Part shown: positions 47,984 through 57,928 of the stretch, piece after piece | How the letters are laid out: every line of letters starts with the position of its first letter | How positions within the stretch are numbered: the stretch's first letter is position 1 | Origin: an uncultured Candidatus Saccharibacteria bacterium | Lineage (GTDB): Bacteria > Patescibacteriota > Doudnabacteria > UBA920 | NCBI GenBank assembly: GCA_964650255.1 | Contig: CAZYQT010000001.1 | Coordinates: forward strand, 39,964-103,963 | Length of the DNA stretch: 64,000 nt | Direction: 5' to 3' | The notes under the pieces: generated by a model | Told to the model about the DNA's origin: nothing | The model's database searches: none | Seen by the model: only the letters and a program-made list of their open reading frames with translations | Position numbers and translations under genes: made by a program

Positions 47984-48649
47984 CTATTTCTTAAACACTA
48001 TCAATTTGTAACCAATGAAGTTCCAAATTAGCGACACTGCAGTCGCCATAATTTTGGCCACGTTCTTAATCGTATCAGCATTTACAGATGTTTCTAAGTA
48101 AGGGGTAATATAATTTGATGCCACTACAATTATTACGCTGTTAATTAACAGGCCAATTAGACTGACAATAATAAATGTAGTGAACTGGCTACCAACCCCC
48201 TGCTTTTGTCCAAAGCGCAGGGCAAACGCCATCCAAAGTATAAATTCAATAACTACGAATCCAACTAAAACCAATAGGAAAAAAGAACTATGAGCATAGT
48301 TTGCTGCCCCTAAGAAAACTGCCAAAAATGTGGCGAATCCTAAGCCGCCAACTAAAACCAAACGAACAAAGTTTTGGAAAATTGTGGTTCCGCTATTTTG
48401 CGCAAAAGACCAAGCTCGGTTCCACAAATAACTCTGGATAATTGCGATCGCAAAGCTAATTGCGTTCAGGGCACCTAAACTGAAATCAGAAGTAACATTA
48501 AAAGATTTGGTGATGTAATTCAAAATTACAATATCCAAAGCTGTATTTAGACTGCCAATCGCCGCGAAGCGCAGCAATTGCATTATTACTGGCCTGCGCT
48601 GCAAAATTCCTGTAACCCGGACACTCAGCGGACTAGATAGTGCTGTCAT
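47984..48649 (-). CDS. GtrA-family membrane protein
   Basis: LRFAAIG..NT..D, SYLWNRAWSF, WNFIGYKLIVF. Confidence 0.88.
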   Translation of the reverse strand: MTALSSPLSVRVTGILQRRPVIMQLLRFAAIGSLNTALDIVILNYITKSFNVTSDFSLGALNAISFAIAIIQSYLWNRAWSFAQNSGTTIFQNFVRLVLVGGLGFATFLAVFLGAANYAHSSFFLLVLVGFVVIEFILWMAFALRFGQKQGVGSQFTTFIIVSLIGLLINSVIIVVASNYITPYLETSVNADTIKNVAKIMATAVSLIWNFIGYKLIVFKK

Positions 48650-48683
48650 GATAAAAATGTTTTAAAGATTTACTAAAGATTAT

Positions 48684-49307
48684 TTAAAGTTCGTCTTCAT
48701 CATCGTTTACAGGTGCTTCTATATCCTGATCTGCCATACCAACACTAGCTTCTGTATCTGCGTGCCCAGCACCATGCTTTATTACATGCTCAACTGCAGC
48801 CCATTCGGAATCAGTATCTTGCGGCACCACGATTGTTACTTCATCCCCTGCATCAGCTTTAAAATAAGTTAAAGAGGCAAGTAAAACCTTGTAGGATTTA
48901 CCTTCCGCAATAACTTTATAATCGCCTTTTTCATCTTGCATAAGCACACCCATAACTTTGCGACGTTCAACTGGTGCAATTTGCTTGTATATAAACGAGC
49001 CATCTTCCGCAATGGTTAGCTTAAGCATGTCGCCTTCAATGAGTTTGCTCTTAGATGCATAGTTAGCTGGTACTGGATATTGCTTGCCCTCAGGTCCAAC
49101 CATATTCTGACCATCAAACACACCCTCAATAACTTTGTCGCCATCGGAAGAAGCCATGCTGTGGGCCTTTTCAAAAATAGCAGCACTAGTGGAGCGAGCC
49201 GGAGATACCCCAGAACTTTCCCGCAGTAATTGCTTTGCGGATTGAATGTTCTTTTCGGCAGCATCGATCATTTGCATGACCAAAGCTAAATTGGCAGTTT
49301 TGTCCAT
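48684..49307 (-). CDS. Conserved hypothetical protein
   Basis: IEGVFDGQNM..YPVPANYASKSKL; acidic tail. Confidence 0.75.
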   Translation of the reverse strand: MDKTANLALVMQMIDAAEKNIQSAKQLLRESSGVSPARSTSAAIFEKAHSMASSDGDKVIEGVFDGQNMVGPEGKQYPVPANYASKSKLIEGDMLKLTIAEDGSFIYKQIAPVERRKVMGVLMQDEKGDYKVIAEGKSYKVLLASLTYFKADAGDEVTIVVPQDTDSEWAAVEHVIKHGAGHADTEASVGMADQDIEAPVNDDEDEL

Positions 49308-49532
49308 AATTTAGAAATATTTCTTTATTTTTGTTTGTATTTCGATAGGTTTATATCGTTGGCTGAATTATACCACATCTGTGTGATTTGGCAAATAAAA
49401 ATAATGGCGATAACTAAGGCGTTGACAAAAAGTAGTAAATAAGGTATATTGAAATATTGTCAGATCCAAATCTGGTAATAAACAAAGACCGAATTTTCAA
49501 TTTTTTTGTTACAAACAGGAGGAAATTAAAAA

Positions 49533-50183
49533 ATGCATAATCCAAAAGAAGACTTAGAAAAGGCTGAAAAGCTATTGGCAGAAGGTGAGCGCAAAGCTCT
49601 ACAGGATAAAGCACAAGAGCAGCTGTTTTCCATCCGATCATCAGGTATCGGATTCAAAACGATCGACGCTGGCTGGGCCGAAAAAACGGTTAAGGACTTA
49701 GCCGAACTTGTCGGCTATGCCTACAGCGCCCAGCTCGGAGACACACTCAACAAATCGATGAAGGGAGTGAACATCCCGGTGGAAAAAGAGGCGTTCGATC
49801 TCAACGAATTCCTCTTCGGCGGAAAAACCATCGATCTTATAAGATCGATGGCGTTCAAAGACGCCGAGCTGATCAAGAGCGTAATGCTCGGCAACGAAAA
49901 CCCTGATCTTGTGAGTTGGCTGTGGCAGCACCGGGTGAGCATTGTCACCAAAATACACCAAAAGTTTCTAAAACAGAAAGCTGCTGAGGTGTTTCCCAAC
50001 ATCAGCCATTCAGTCCCGCTTAGCACTCAATCGAGCGAAAATCCCGAAAGTGCAAAAGCGGCTACGGCTACAGCGAGCTCTACGCCAATACAGCAACCCA
50101 CAGCGCCGATCAACTCCGCAGTGAAACCTGCAGAAAATCCTGGCAACAGGAGATTCGCTACGGTACCACCCGCGGCCTCGTAA
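49533..50183 (+). CDS. Hypothetical protein
   Basis: AGGAGG RBS; downstream terminator-like hairpin near 50210-50243. Confidence 0.7.
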   Translation: MHNPKEDLEKAEKLLAEGERKALQDKAQEQLFSIRSSGIGFKTIDAGWAEKTVKDLAELVGYAYSAQLGDTLNKSMKGVNIPVEKEAFDLNEFLFGGKTIDLIRSMAFKDAELIKSVMLGNENPDLVSWLWQHRVSIVTKIHQKFLKQKAAEVFPNISHSVPLSTQSSENPESAKAATATASSTPIQQPTAPINSAVKPAENPGNRRFATVPPAAS

Positions 50184-50242
50184 AATCGAAGTTCTAGTTA
50201 TTAGGATTAAATCCGGTAAACACAAGTTGTTTGCCGGTTTTT

Positions 50243-51781
50243 TTATCTCACTTTATAAACAATAATGTTGTTTTTGCTATAGATCTTTTCAAAATTTTCA
50301 TGACTGGGATCTTGCCTATCAATATAATCACTCAAGTTCCCATTACGTTTGGCATCAATAAACACAAACTCGGCATTTAAATCTTTAGCAACTTCGTCAT
50401 GAAGTGTTGTAACAGATCCCCAATCTTGCTTTTCATCGTCAGCCACATCGCGCCATTTCCAATACAAATCTGGGTCGTAAATAAACATGAAAGTCGGGTC
50501 CATACCAACCGGATAATAATTCTGACTGTCCCAGTAAAATAACTGCGGAAATTGATCCCACTGCGTGTTAATAACAATATCCCCTGGTTGGCTTTGCTCA
50601 GCCATTTTCTTAGCAACAATTTCAAACCGATGAGCTGACTCACCATCAGCTAAATAGGAATTTACGTTGTGGAAGTTGTACCAACAGGTCAAAACAATAG
50701 CACAAGCAACCACTACCAATGCCAGCCCAGCCTGCCAATGCTCCTGGCAGGTTTTTTTTATTTCTTGCCACTTCAGTTGAGCTAAATATGGAGACAAAGT
50801 TATGGCCGCAGAGAGCACTGCAAATGGCACAAAATATTCAATGAACCTGCGGTGGCGCATGCACAGAACAAATAAAATTATAGTTGCAGCATTAATCCAC
50901 AAACTTTCCCATTTAATTTTTTTGTGATAAAACTCATGCCCAGCAACAATTAAACTCAAAATCCAGGCTAACAAAATTGGAACATCAGACTTTAAAAACC
51001 AACTCAAGCTATATGGCAACCACTCATTTCCAGCTGGCACCTGGCTCCCTGCTCCAAGGCCAGTAAGAAAAATTTGATTATACAAAGACAACAACAAATT
51101 GGCGTGATGCGGGTGGAGCACTAACCCAAGAACTATTCCTGCCGCGCTGGCAATTAATGGAATGAAAGCAAACTTGCGCTCTAAAATAAATATGGCGGCA
51201 AAGTAGGCGCCTAGAATTAGCGGAACAAACACGAACCCGCCATAAGTCCACACAAATAAAAAACTTGCTGCGACAATCCCTACGGCAGCCCAATTATTTT
51301 TGGTCCGCTGCCAGACAACGACCAAGGCCATAATTACGCTGAGCAAAGCCAAGGACAAAGTATTGGCTTTAACAAGATTAATTCGAAACAGAAAATCTGT
51401 TGAGCCCAACAATAGCAATGCAATCCACCATGGCTTTCCAGGAACTTTAAGCTGGCTAAGTAGCAAATAAAACGCTGCTATAAATATCATTGCAAATAAA
51501 ACTACTGACAAATACAACGAATCAGTATTGTTAAATGGGATTAGCAAAACATGATACAGAAAGTGTTGATCAGCAAACCCATCTTTCCAGGTAGTGTAAG
51601 TTAAATACGGAAACGAGCTGGTCAGTTGACCATGCTCAATTAACTGAGAAACTTTAGCATGATAAAAACCATCCGGATCTGCTAGCAATCCCCTGTTTGA
51701 GATTTGGAGGAAACCCATGACAGCAAGGCCCAAAACCAGACTAATGAAAGAATTGTTATTGAACTTGATAAATTTCCACAT
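50243..51781 (-). CDS. Polytopic membrane protein, GT-C glycosyltransferase-like
   Basis: DPDGFYH loop after TM1, many TMs, soluble C-terminus. Confidence 0.65.
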   Translation of the reverse strand: MWKFIKFNNNSFISLVLGLAVMGFLQISNRGLLADPDGFYHAKVSQLIEHGQLTSSFPYLTYTTWKDGFADQHFLYHVLLIPFNNTDSLYLSVVLFAMIFIAAFYLLLSQLKVPGKPWWIALLLLGSTDFLFRINLVKANTLSLALLSVIMALVVVWQRTKNNWAAVGIVAASFLFVWTYGGFVFVPLILGAYFAAIFILERKFAFIPLIASAAGIVLGLVLHPHHANLLLSLYNQIFLTGLGAGSQVPAGNEWLPYSLSWFLKSDVPILLAWILSLIVAGHEFYHKKIKWESLWINAATIILFVLCMRHRRFIEYFVPFAVLSAAITLSPYLAQLKWQEIKKTCQEHWQAGLALVVVACAIVLTCWYNFHNVNSYLADGESAHRFEIVAKKMAEQSQPGDIVINTQWDQFPQLFYWDSQNYYPVGMDPTFMFIYDPDLYWKWRDVADDEKQDWGSVTTLHDEVAKDLNAEFVFIDAKRNGNLSDYIDRQDPSHENFEKIYSKNNIIVYKVR

Positions 51782-53342
51782 CTGGATTTTGATAAACTAA
51801 TTTTAAATAAGGCCTGCCTGTTGTGTCCAAACCGCCGTGGGAGCGAATTTCTTCATCCACTAAAATGTAATTGATATTTTCACGCTCAACAAAAAACTTT
51901 AATGGATCAATTCCATTAGGATGACTTGCTAATAACAACGGCACCGCTCCATACTTCAATTGAAAATTAACAGTCTGATCATAATGCCCCAAATAAACCG
52001 AGCATCCAGTTAGGCCTGGTATTCTATTACCAGTTTTATACGACGCCAAAATTATAGAGTTGCAACTGCTGGACCCAAATTTTAATTGATTAATGCCATC
52101 CAGCTCGGTTTTTTTAAGAAACCATAAATCTTTGTTAAACGAAATCTGGCGATATGTATTAATTACTAAAGAAATGTTTGTGGCTAAGAAAATGGCCATC
52201 AATAAAACCCCCGCGAGCCTGGCTAATTTGCCGCTATTTTCGCTAATATTAGTAAGCCAATTTTTTATACCGAAGAACGCCAACAAACCCATTGGCACGA
52301 ACATTCCCAAGCTTAGCTTCTGCTGGAATCTCGAAGTTATAGGATTAAACATCAATAATGAACTACCAACCAACCAAATTACTAAAAAGATTTTCTCATT
52401 AGTATTTTTTTTGTCCGACGTAAGTAGCCAAAATAATATAAATATAAAAAAGAATGCATATACCAACACCCAATTCATTACATTGGGCGACTCGACATTG
52501 GTTTGAAAAAAAGCCCAAATACTTAATGGGGCGCTATGCATGAATAATATCGCTTGGTAAAGTATGACAGGAGTTACACAAATAATCACCTTTAACCAAT
52601 CATAAAATACATATAGATTGCGATCTAGCCAATAAACATAAGCGGCGTACATTCCGGTGATGAGCAAAACTGAAACTAAATCGTAAGGGTGGATCAAGCC
52701 GAGAAGAACTATTAAACTTGATAGATATAACCACGAATACCTTTTTCGAGGCCTCAAGTATAAACTGAATATCAACAAAATAAAGGCTAGGCTAATTGGA
52801 TTCAGCACAGAAGCAAAAATAGAAAAGAAAATCGAACTTTCACTCTGAGTTAAATCCAGGGAATAAATTCCAAAAAACCAACCTAACCCAGATCCTAAAA
52901 ATAAAAACCATAAACTCCAAAGTTTGTCTTTATGATGAAGCCCGAGTGTTTTCAAAAAATGAGACAGACCATACAATAACAGAAACAAACCAAGTGTTCT
53001 CAGTAGCAAGATCGCAACATAGCTATTAACTGATATAGCCCTAGCTATTAAACCAAAAATGAAAAATAAAGGATGAAAAAACAAATTTGGATTTGGTAAT
53101 TCAGTCGAATTGAGCTGGGAAAACAAAAGGTGCCCTACCCTAGCCTGCTCAATCCAAGCCGCATAGGAACCATAATCCGCCCAGTTATGTAAGGTTAAAT
53201 TCATCAAAACATATCCATGAGGCTCATAGACCACCTTAGATAAGACAAAAGGAGCCCAAATGGCCGCCAAGCCAATAGCAACTAATCCAATAATAGAATA
53301 ACGGTACATGGCATAATTGTAATACAGCGTAGACAAAAACAA
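51756..53342 (-). CDS. Polytopic membrane protein, GT-C glycosyltransferase-like
   Basis: DYGSY loop, HPYD, many TMs, soluble C-terminus. Confidence 0.65.
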   Translation of the reverse strand: MFLSTLYYNYAMYRYSIIGLVAIGLAAIWAPFVLSKVVYEPHGYVLMNLTLHNWADYGSYAAWIEQARVGHLLFSQLNSTELPNPNLFFHPLFFIFGLIARAISVNSYVAILLLRTLGLFLLLYGLSHFLKTLGLHHKDKLWSLWFLFLGSGLGWFFGIYSLDLTQSESSIFFSIFASVLNPISLAFILLIFSLYLRPRKRYSWLYLSSLIVLLGLIHPYDLVSVLLITGMYAAYVYWLDRNLYVFYDWLKVIICVTPVILYQAILFMHSAPLSIWAFFQTNVESPNVMNWVLVYAFFFIFILFWLLTSDKKNTNEKIFLVIWLVGSSLLMFNPITSRFQQKLSLGMFVPMGLLAFFGIKNWLTNISENSGKLARLAGVLLMAIFLATNISLVINTYRQISFNKDLWFLKKTELDGINQLKFGSSSCNSIILASYKTGNRIPGLTGCSVYLGHYDQTVNFQLKYGAVPLLLASHPNGIDPLKFFVERENINYILVDEEIRSHGGLDTTGRPYLKLVYQNPDVEIYQVQ

Positions 53343-53392
53343 AAAGGGTAAGTGTGATGTTAATCACTCTTACCCTTTTGAAATACGACACC

Positions 53393-54775
53393 TCAGCTTT
53401 CGACCTCGACTACAACGGCTTGCGAGCCTTTGTTATCAGAGAAGCTGTCTGTATCATTTATTGATAATTCCAATCCTCCGTTTATTGTGCCTGTCCAATC
53501 ATTGCCTACGTGGAAGCCTGGTTGTTCAGACGTTTTTGCAACCAAGGCCCTAAAAGGGGCTGATGGTACAAGCAGTCCCGACCATGATCCGCTGCCAGCG
53601 CAACCCGCATAGATCGGGTTTTTGCCGCCATTGGTCCACTGATCCGATCCGCAATGAATACGAACCCGCTTACCCGGAAAAGATAAGCCGGTGTTAAACC
53701 ATTTAACATTTGCTGGGACTGTGACCGTGTAGGTCTGCCCAACAGTGAATGGCGCTTCGGTTGTGTTGTTATCACCACCGCCACGCCTATCGTTTGATTG
53801 AGCACTACCCGATGCCAAATCGGTATCAGATATTGCTACGTACATATTACCGAAACCGTAAGGCTGAACCCAGCTTTTACCGTCCGGCAAGTAAATACGG
53901 ATAAGTGGCTCCCCGCAATTGATAGTCGACGCTTCGATATCAGCAATGCGGAAGACAGTGTCCTTGGGAAGAGAGGTGATAACCTCTGCTCCGTCTTTGT
54001 TGCCCGTTGTCTTGGCGACAGCTTTAATGCCACCTTTATCAATCCCCGGGCACCCACTGACAGTTCCGATCTCATCTGCGGCCGCTTCTTCATTTGTAAC
54101 TCTCCAAACGATCGCGTTTTCAGTTTTGATATGCTGATCACGCTGCGTCTTGAGAGCATTAATAATGTTCTCGCGCCCCTTGGCGTTCTGTTCATTATTG
54201 CGGGCGATCACACTAGCTCGAATATGAGCAGGAAATAACCCACAAAGAATCCAGACCGCAAAAGTGGCAGTAGTTAAACCAGCCAGCACCTTAGTGCTTT
54301 TAACGTTATCCGATGGCCAGGCAATCACAATTGTGACACCAGTCATCAGTAACCCCAAAAAGAATGGTGCATAAACTGAGTATAAGAACATTGGGAAAGC
54401 CAGCGCCGTGACTCCGACATACATCGGAATAATAACCAGTACGCTACTCAGGCTCGGCTGCTTAGCACGCCAGTCTGATCCTAACAGACCAGACACAGCT
54501 CCAGCTGCCCTCAGTGCGCCCTGCAAGCATGACTGGAGAATCCAAAGAGATATCCCAGCCAAAAAGCAGATGACAGCCAAAGCCCTCGTTTGATGAGAAC
54601 CAATGACGACAAAGGCCGACACTGAAAGCACAACCATAGAACCTAAATACACAGCGAGTACGCGTGCGCCATAATGAGTGCCGAGAGCCCAGCCGATCGA
54701 TCCATAAACTCGGACAAATCGGGCGATGCTCCCAGCATGCAACAGAACAAACAATAATATTACTAAACTTTCCAT
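53393..54775 (-). CDS. Membrane protein with C-terminal LecA/PA-IL-like lectin domain
   Basis: Several TMs, then VPANVKWFNTGL..APFRALVAK..LSINDTDSFSDNKGS. Confidence 0.6.
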   Translation of the reverse strand: MESLVILLFVLLHAGSIARFVRVYGSIGWALGTHYGARVLAVYLGSMVVLSVSAFVVIGSHQTRALAVICFLAGISLWILQSCLQGALRAAGAVSGLLGSDWRAKQPSLSSVLVIIPMYVGVTALAFPMFLYSVYAPFFLGLLMTGVTIVIAWPSDNVKSTKVLAGLTTATFAVWILCGLFPAHIRASVIARNNEQNAKGRENIINALKTQRDQHIKTENAIVWRVTNEEAAADEIGTVSGCPGIDKGGIKAVAKTTGNKDGAEVITSLPKDTVFRIADIEASTINCGEPLIRIYLPDGKSWVQPYGFGNMYVAISDTDLASGSAQSNDRRGGGDNNTTEAPFTVGQTYTVTVPANVKWFNTGLSFPGKRVRIHCGSDQWTNGGKNPIYAGCAGSGSWSGLLVPSAPFRALVAKTSEQPGFHVGNDWTGTINGGLELSINDTDSFSDNKGSQAVVVEVES

Positions 54776-54785
54776 TCTTTTTCTC

Positions 54786-55346
54786 CTACGATTTTCCGTG
54801 TTTCTTTTTCCAAACCTTTAACCATGACTCACCAGCATAAGAAGCATTGTCGATAATACTACCAATCTCAGCGTTCTTTGCTTTTAGCGAACCCACAACC
54901 GTACCGGCACCAGACTGCAAATGGTCAAGAAGACTCTTCGCAACCATGTAATCTTCGATAACGGTTTTTTGGTATGCTTTCCATGGGCCAGGTGTCATAC
55001 CGGCATCGTGCTCGATTGCTTTCAATGTAGCTTCGGGGGTTTCCCGACATTTTAGCCTTCGATACAGCTCACGCTGGTCAGCATTGGTGAACGTTGCAAG
55101 CTTTTTTTCCCACGCTATTACTACCGCGGGTTTGGCCATTTCCAACGCCTTGTCAATGATCGTTTCATCGTATTCCGATTCCTTGACCATGTGGTCGATA
55201 ATGCGGTCCATCGTTTTCTCAACGACTGTAATGCCTGTGGACTGAGTTAGATGCTCAAACACAGGCCTTAGGATACCTTTCACAGCTCCGACCCCGCCCA
55301 TAATTGCGATGTCGAGCCCAATTAGTTGTGCAATTTTTTTCAACAT
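54786..55346 (-). CDS. Hypothetical protein
   Basis: GGAG RBS; operon member. Confidence 0.7.
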   Translation of the reverse strand: MLKKIAQLIGLDIAIMGGVGAVKGILRPVFEHLTQSTGITVVEKTMDRIIDHMVKESEYDETIIDKALEMAKPAVVIAWEKKLATFTNADQRELYRRLKCRETPEATLKAIEHDAGMTPGPWKAYQKTVIEDYMVAKSLLDHLQSGAGTVVGSLKAKNAEIGSIIDNASYAGESWLKVWKKKHGKS

Positions 55347-55361
55347 ATAATTCTCCCGATT

Positions 55362-56030
55362 CTATCCTTTGAGCAAGATCTCCTCAACGGTCTGCTTAGA
55401 CCGCTGATCTTTAAACGAAAAAGCTTCATCGTAAGACTTAACTTTAATTCGCACTGTGATTCCGTTCTTGTCTGTAACAGCGACTTGCTTGGTTCCGTTG
55501 CTATCGCAGTCTTTGCCATCAATCTTGAACATCTGAGTTGCGGAAATCAACACATTCCCCTGAGCTGGATGACCATCTTGGTCAAACAGCTTGATAGAAA
55601 CTTTGTGATAACCGTCTGGACCCGGCAGCCCTGGATCAACTACAATTCGGGTTGCCGGCTTCGGCAGATCCTTATTGCAGTCGATACTAACTGTCATTGC
55701 ATTGTCCGGATGCGGATCGTTCACAGGAGCGATGCCAGCCACAATTTTTTTGTACGCGTCTGGTTTTATTCCTGGAAACTCCACCTGTGTAGTGTTCTTA
55801 TCGATTCTAATGGTTCCGTCCAAGACTTTGCCATTCACAACCCCAACCACAATGTAAGTAGATTTATCATACGGATTTACCGTACCTGCTTTAAGCGTTA
55901 CGTCAACCAAACCATTGGGCTTGGTTGTCGCCAAAGTCAACCCATCACCAGCACCCGGCCTTACTATGTAGTAAGGGGCGCGGCGGTCGGTTCCTTCTTT
56001 TTTCTTTTCATCACCTTTTTTATCAGTCAT
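55362..56030 (-). CDS. Hypothetical beta-rich (Ig-like?) protein
   Basis: AGGAG RBS before ATG 56030. Confidence 0.65.
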   Translation of the reverse strand: MTDKKGDEKKKEGTDRRAPYYIVRPGAGDGLTLATTKPNGLVDVTLKAGTVNPYDKSTYIVVGVVNGKVLDGTIRIDKNTTQVEFPGIKPDAYKKIVAGIAPVNDPHPDNAMTVSIDCNKDLPKPATRIVVDPGLPGPDGYHKVSIKLFDQDGHPAQGNVLISATQMFKIDGKDCDSNGTKQVAVTDKNGITVRIKVKSYDEAFSFKDQRSKQTVEEILLKG

Positions 56031-56049
56031 GTTATTCTCCTTGCCTATC

Positions 56050-57348
56050 TTAGAGACCAATGGTTAAGCCAAGGGCCACGAAGATGACGGTTATACCAAA
56101 CTGGAGACCTAACACGAGGTTGAATCTCCAATTAAAACAAATTGGGATTAACCCGATGAATAGTAGCGCTTGACCGTATTCGCGGTTGGAAAGATTGATC
56201 TCCCCAACAACGAGCAGTAGCAGTGCGAGCGTAAACCCGACTGCGGCTTTAGCGAATCTTGCCTTGCTTGGAATAGTGCTCCACCAAGAAGAGATCTTAG
56301 TCTTGGCTTTAGCCGTAAGAGCAGAAGCTGCGGACTTGATTTTCTTCCAGAAATAATAACCAAGGTTTGAGATTTTTTCCCTCAAATAGGAGAACGCTTT
56401 TTTGAGCTTTCTCCCAACACCACGGAACTTATTTTTGACCGCATCTTTCTTAGCAGGGTCCATCTTCTTCCAATGCTGGCGCAACTTCCACAGCCCAAAG
56501 GCCATGACTGCCGCTGCGAGGATTAAAAGAATAACCGTTCGGTTGGCCAAGAAAAATTGGTAGAGAAATTCAAAAGCAGAAACGATCCAGCCCCATGCGA
56601 TTCCCAAAGCTTGCGACGCCTCGGCACCGATTTCTTGCCACGGTGCCACATAAAATGCAGAACCAATAGCTACTATCGACACGAGCCAGCCTAATTCTTT
56701 GCGATGAGCCTGGAAGTAATCATTCGTCGCTACACTTACGCGCGCCCACAAAGATTTGTAGGTGCCCGCGAGTTTTGCCTTACGAATTTTTTCACTTCGG
56801 CGTTGATATTTACCATACACCCATTGAAACGGTTTTTTAATTCCCTTTCCAACGGAACGAAATTGACGACCAAAGAATCCTGCAATATCAGAACGCAGGA
56901 CTATAAACGCCTTGTAACGAGCAATTCGAGCCTTGCGGCGGCGACTTGCTCTAGCGGCTTTATTCAACAGCTTTAGTTTTGCAGCTGCTGCCTTATCTCG
57001 CCGAGCTTCCTCTCTTTCAATCGGAATCAGCATCGCTTTTGCATGAATTAGGGCGCGTTGGGCATCAGCATACTCCCGCTCAGATTGAGCATTCGTAAGT
57101 CTTATCTCAGCCTTTCCCTTTTCGCGAAAAATGTCCTTAAGGACTTCAATAATTTCAGCGATACCTTTGCCGCGCTTCAATTCTTCTTGAAGTTCATCTA
57201 ACTGTTCCGGATCAGGCTCAACCACCTCGCTAGAGGAATAGCTGACCGATCCGGATGGTGGTTTCGAAGTCCTTTTCGGGAAGATTCTCGAAAAAGATGT
57301 GCTTATCCGTTTACGCAAATCACGTAATTTCAACCATTCCTTTGACAT
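56050..57348 (-). CDS. Basic coiled-coil membrane protein, hypothetical
   Basis: AAGGAG RBS; K/R-rich helices alternating with TMs. Confidence 0.7.
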   Translation of the reverse strand: MSKEWLKLRDLRKRISTSFSRIFPKRTSKPPSGSVSYSSSEVVEPDPEQLDELQEELKRGKGIAEIIEVLKDIFREKGKAEIRLTNAQSEREYADAQRALIHAKAMLIPIEREEARRDKAAAAKLKLLNKAARASRRRKARIARYKAFIVLRSDIAGFFGRQFRSVGKGIKKPFQWVYGKYQRRSEKIRKAKLAGTYKSLWARVSVATNDYFQAHRKELGWLVSIVAIGSAFYVAPWQEIGAEASQALGIAWGWIVSAFEFLYQFFLANRTVILLILAAAVMAFGLWKLRQHWKKMDPAKKDAVKNKFRGVGRKLKKAFSYLREKISNLGYYFWKKIKSAASALTAKAKTKISSWWSTIPSKARFAKAAVGFTLALLLLVVGEINLSNREYGQALLFIGLIPICFNWRFNLVLGLQFGITVIFVALGLTIGL

Positions 57349-57488
57349 ATATGTTACTCCTTATCCGTATTCAGTTTTTAATGTGCTTCAAAGCCATTTA
57401 GACTTTGGGGAAGTTACCTTCCCAGAGCAGAATTATATTGATAAAACCCTGTTCCAGAAAGATAATTGCTTTTATTTAATTAAACCAT

Positions 57489-57517
57489 ATTATAGCACTT
57501 TTTAACAAATATGTCAA
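57489..57517 (-). promoter_or_regulatory. Consensus sigma70 promoter of the four-gene operon
   Basis: TTGACA-17 bp-TATAAT. Confidence 0.75.
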
Positions 57518-57638
57518 TATTTAAATACTATTGCTGTCTCTAATACAAAAAGTGGCTTATTTATGAGGATTTAAAAATTGCCCACCAAAAAAAAGACCGG
57601 TATTTTTCAAATACCGATCTTTTGTTAGATTCCCGGCT

Positions 57639-57920
57639 TTACTTCAAAGCCGATCTCGTCTTTGCTAGCTCGCCAGCATCATCAATCGAACCCTTTTTCT
57701 TATCTAAATCCTCAAGCATGGCAGCCATTTCTTGAAGGGCAGCTGCATGTTGATTATTCAACGCTGTGGTTGATTTCACGTAAGCAGAACCAAGAGCCAA
57801 ATATATCGCACCTTTAGTCTCCTCATCTAGATCTTGGGATATAACATCCTGAAGCAATGACTTTGCTCTCTCCCAATCACCTTGAGCAATCAAGCTTTCA
57901 AAATTATCTTTAGTGTCCAT
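57639..57920 (-). CDS. Hypothetical protein
   Basis: 93-aa helical ORF followed by a terminator-like hairpin at about 57590-57623. Confidence 0.65.
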   Translation of the reverse strand: MDTKDNFESLIAQGDWERAKSLLQDVISQDLDEETKGAIYLALGSAYVKSTTALNNQHAAALQEMAAMLEDLDKKKGSIDDAGELAKTRSALK

Positions 57921-57928
57921 GATTGTTT

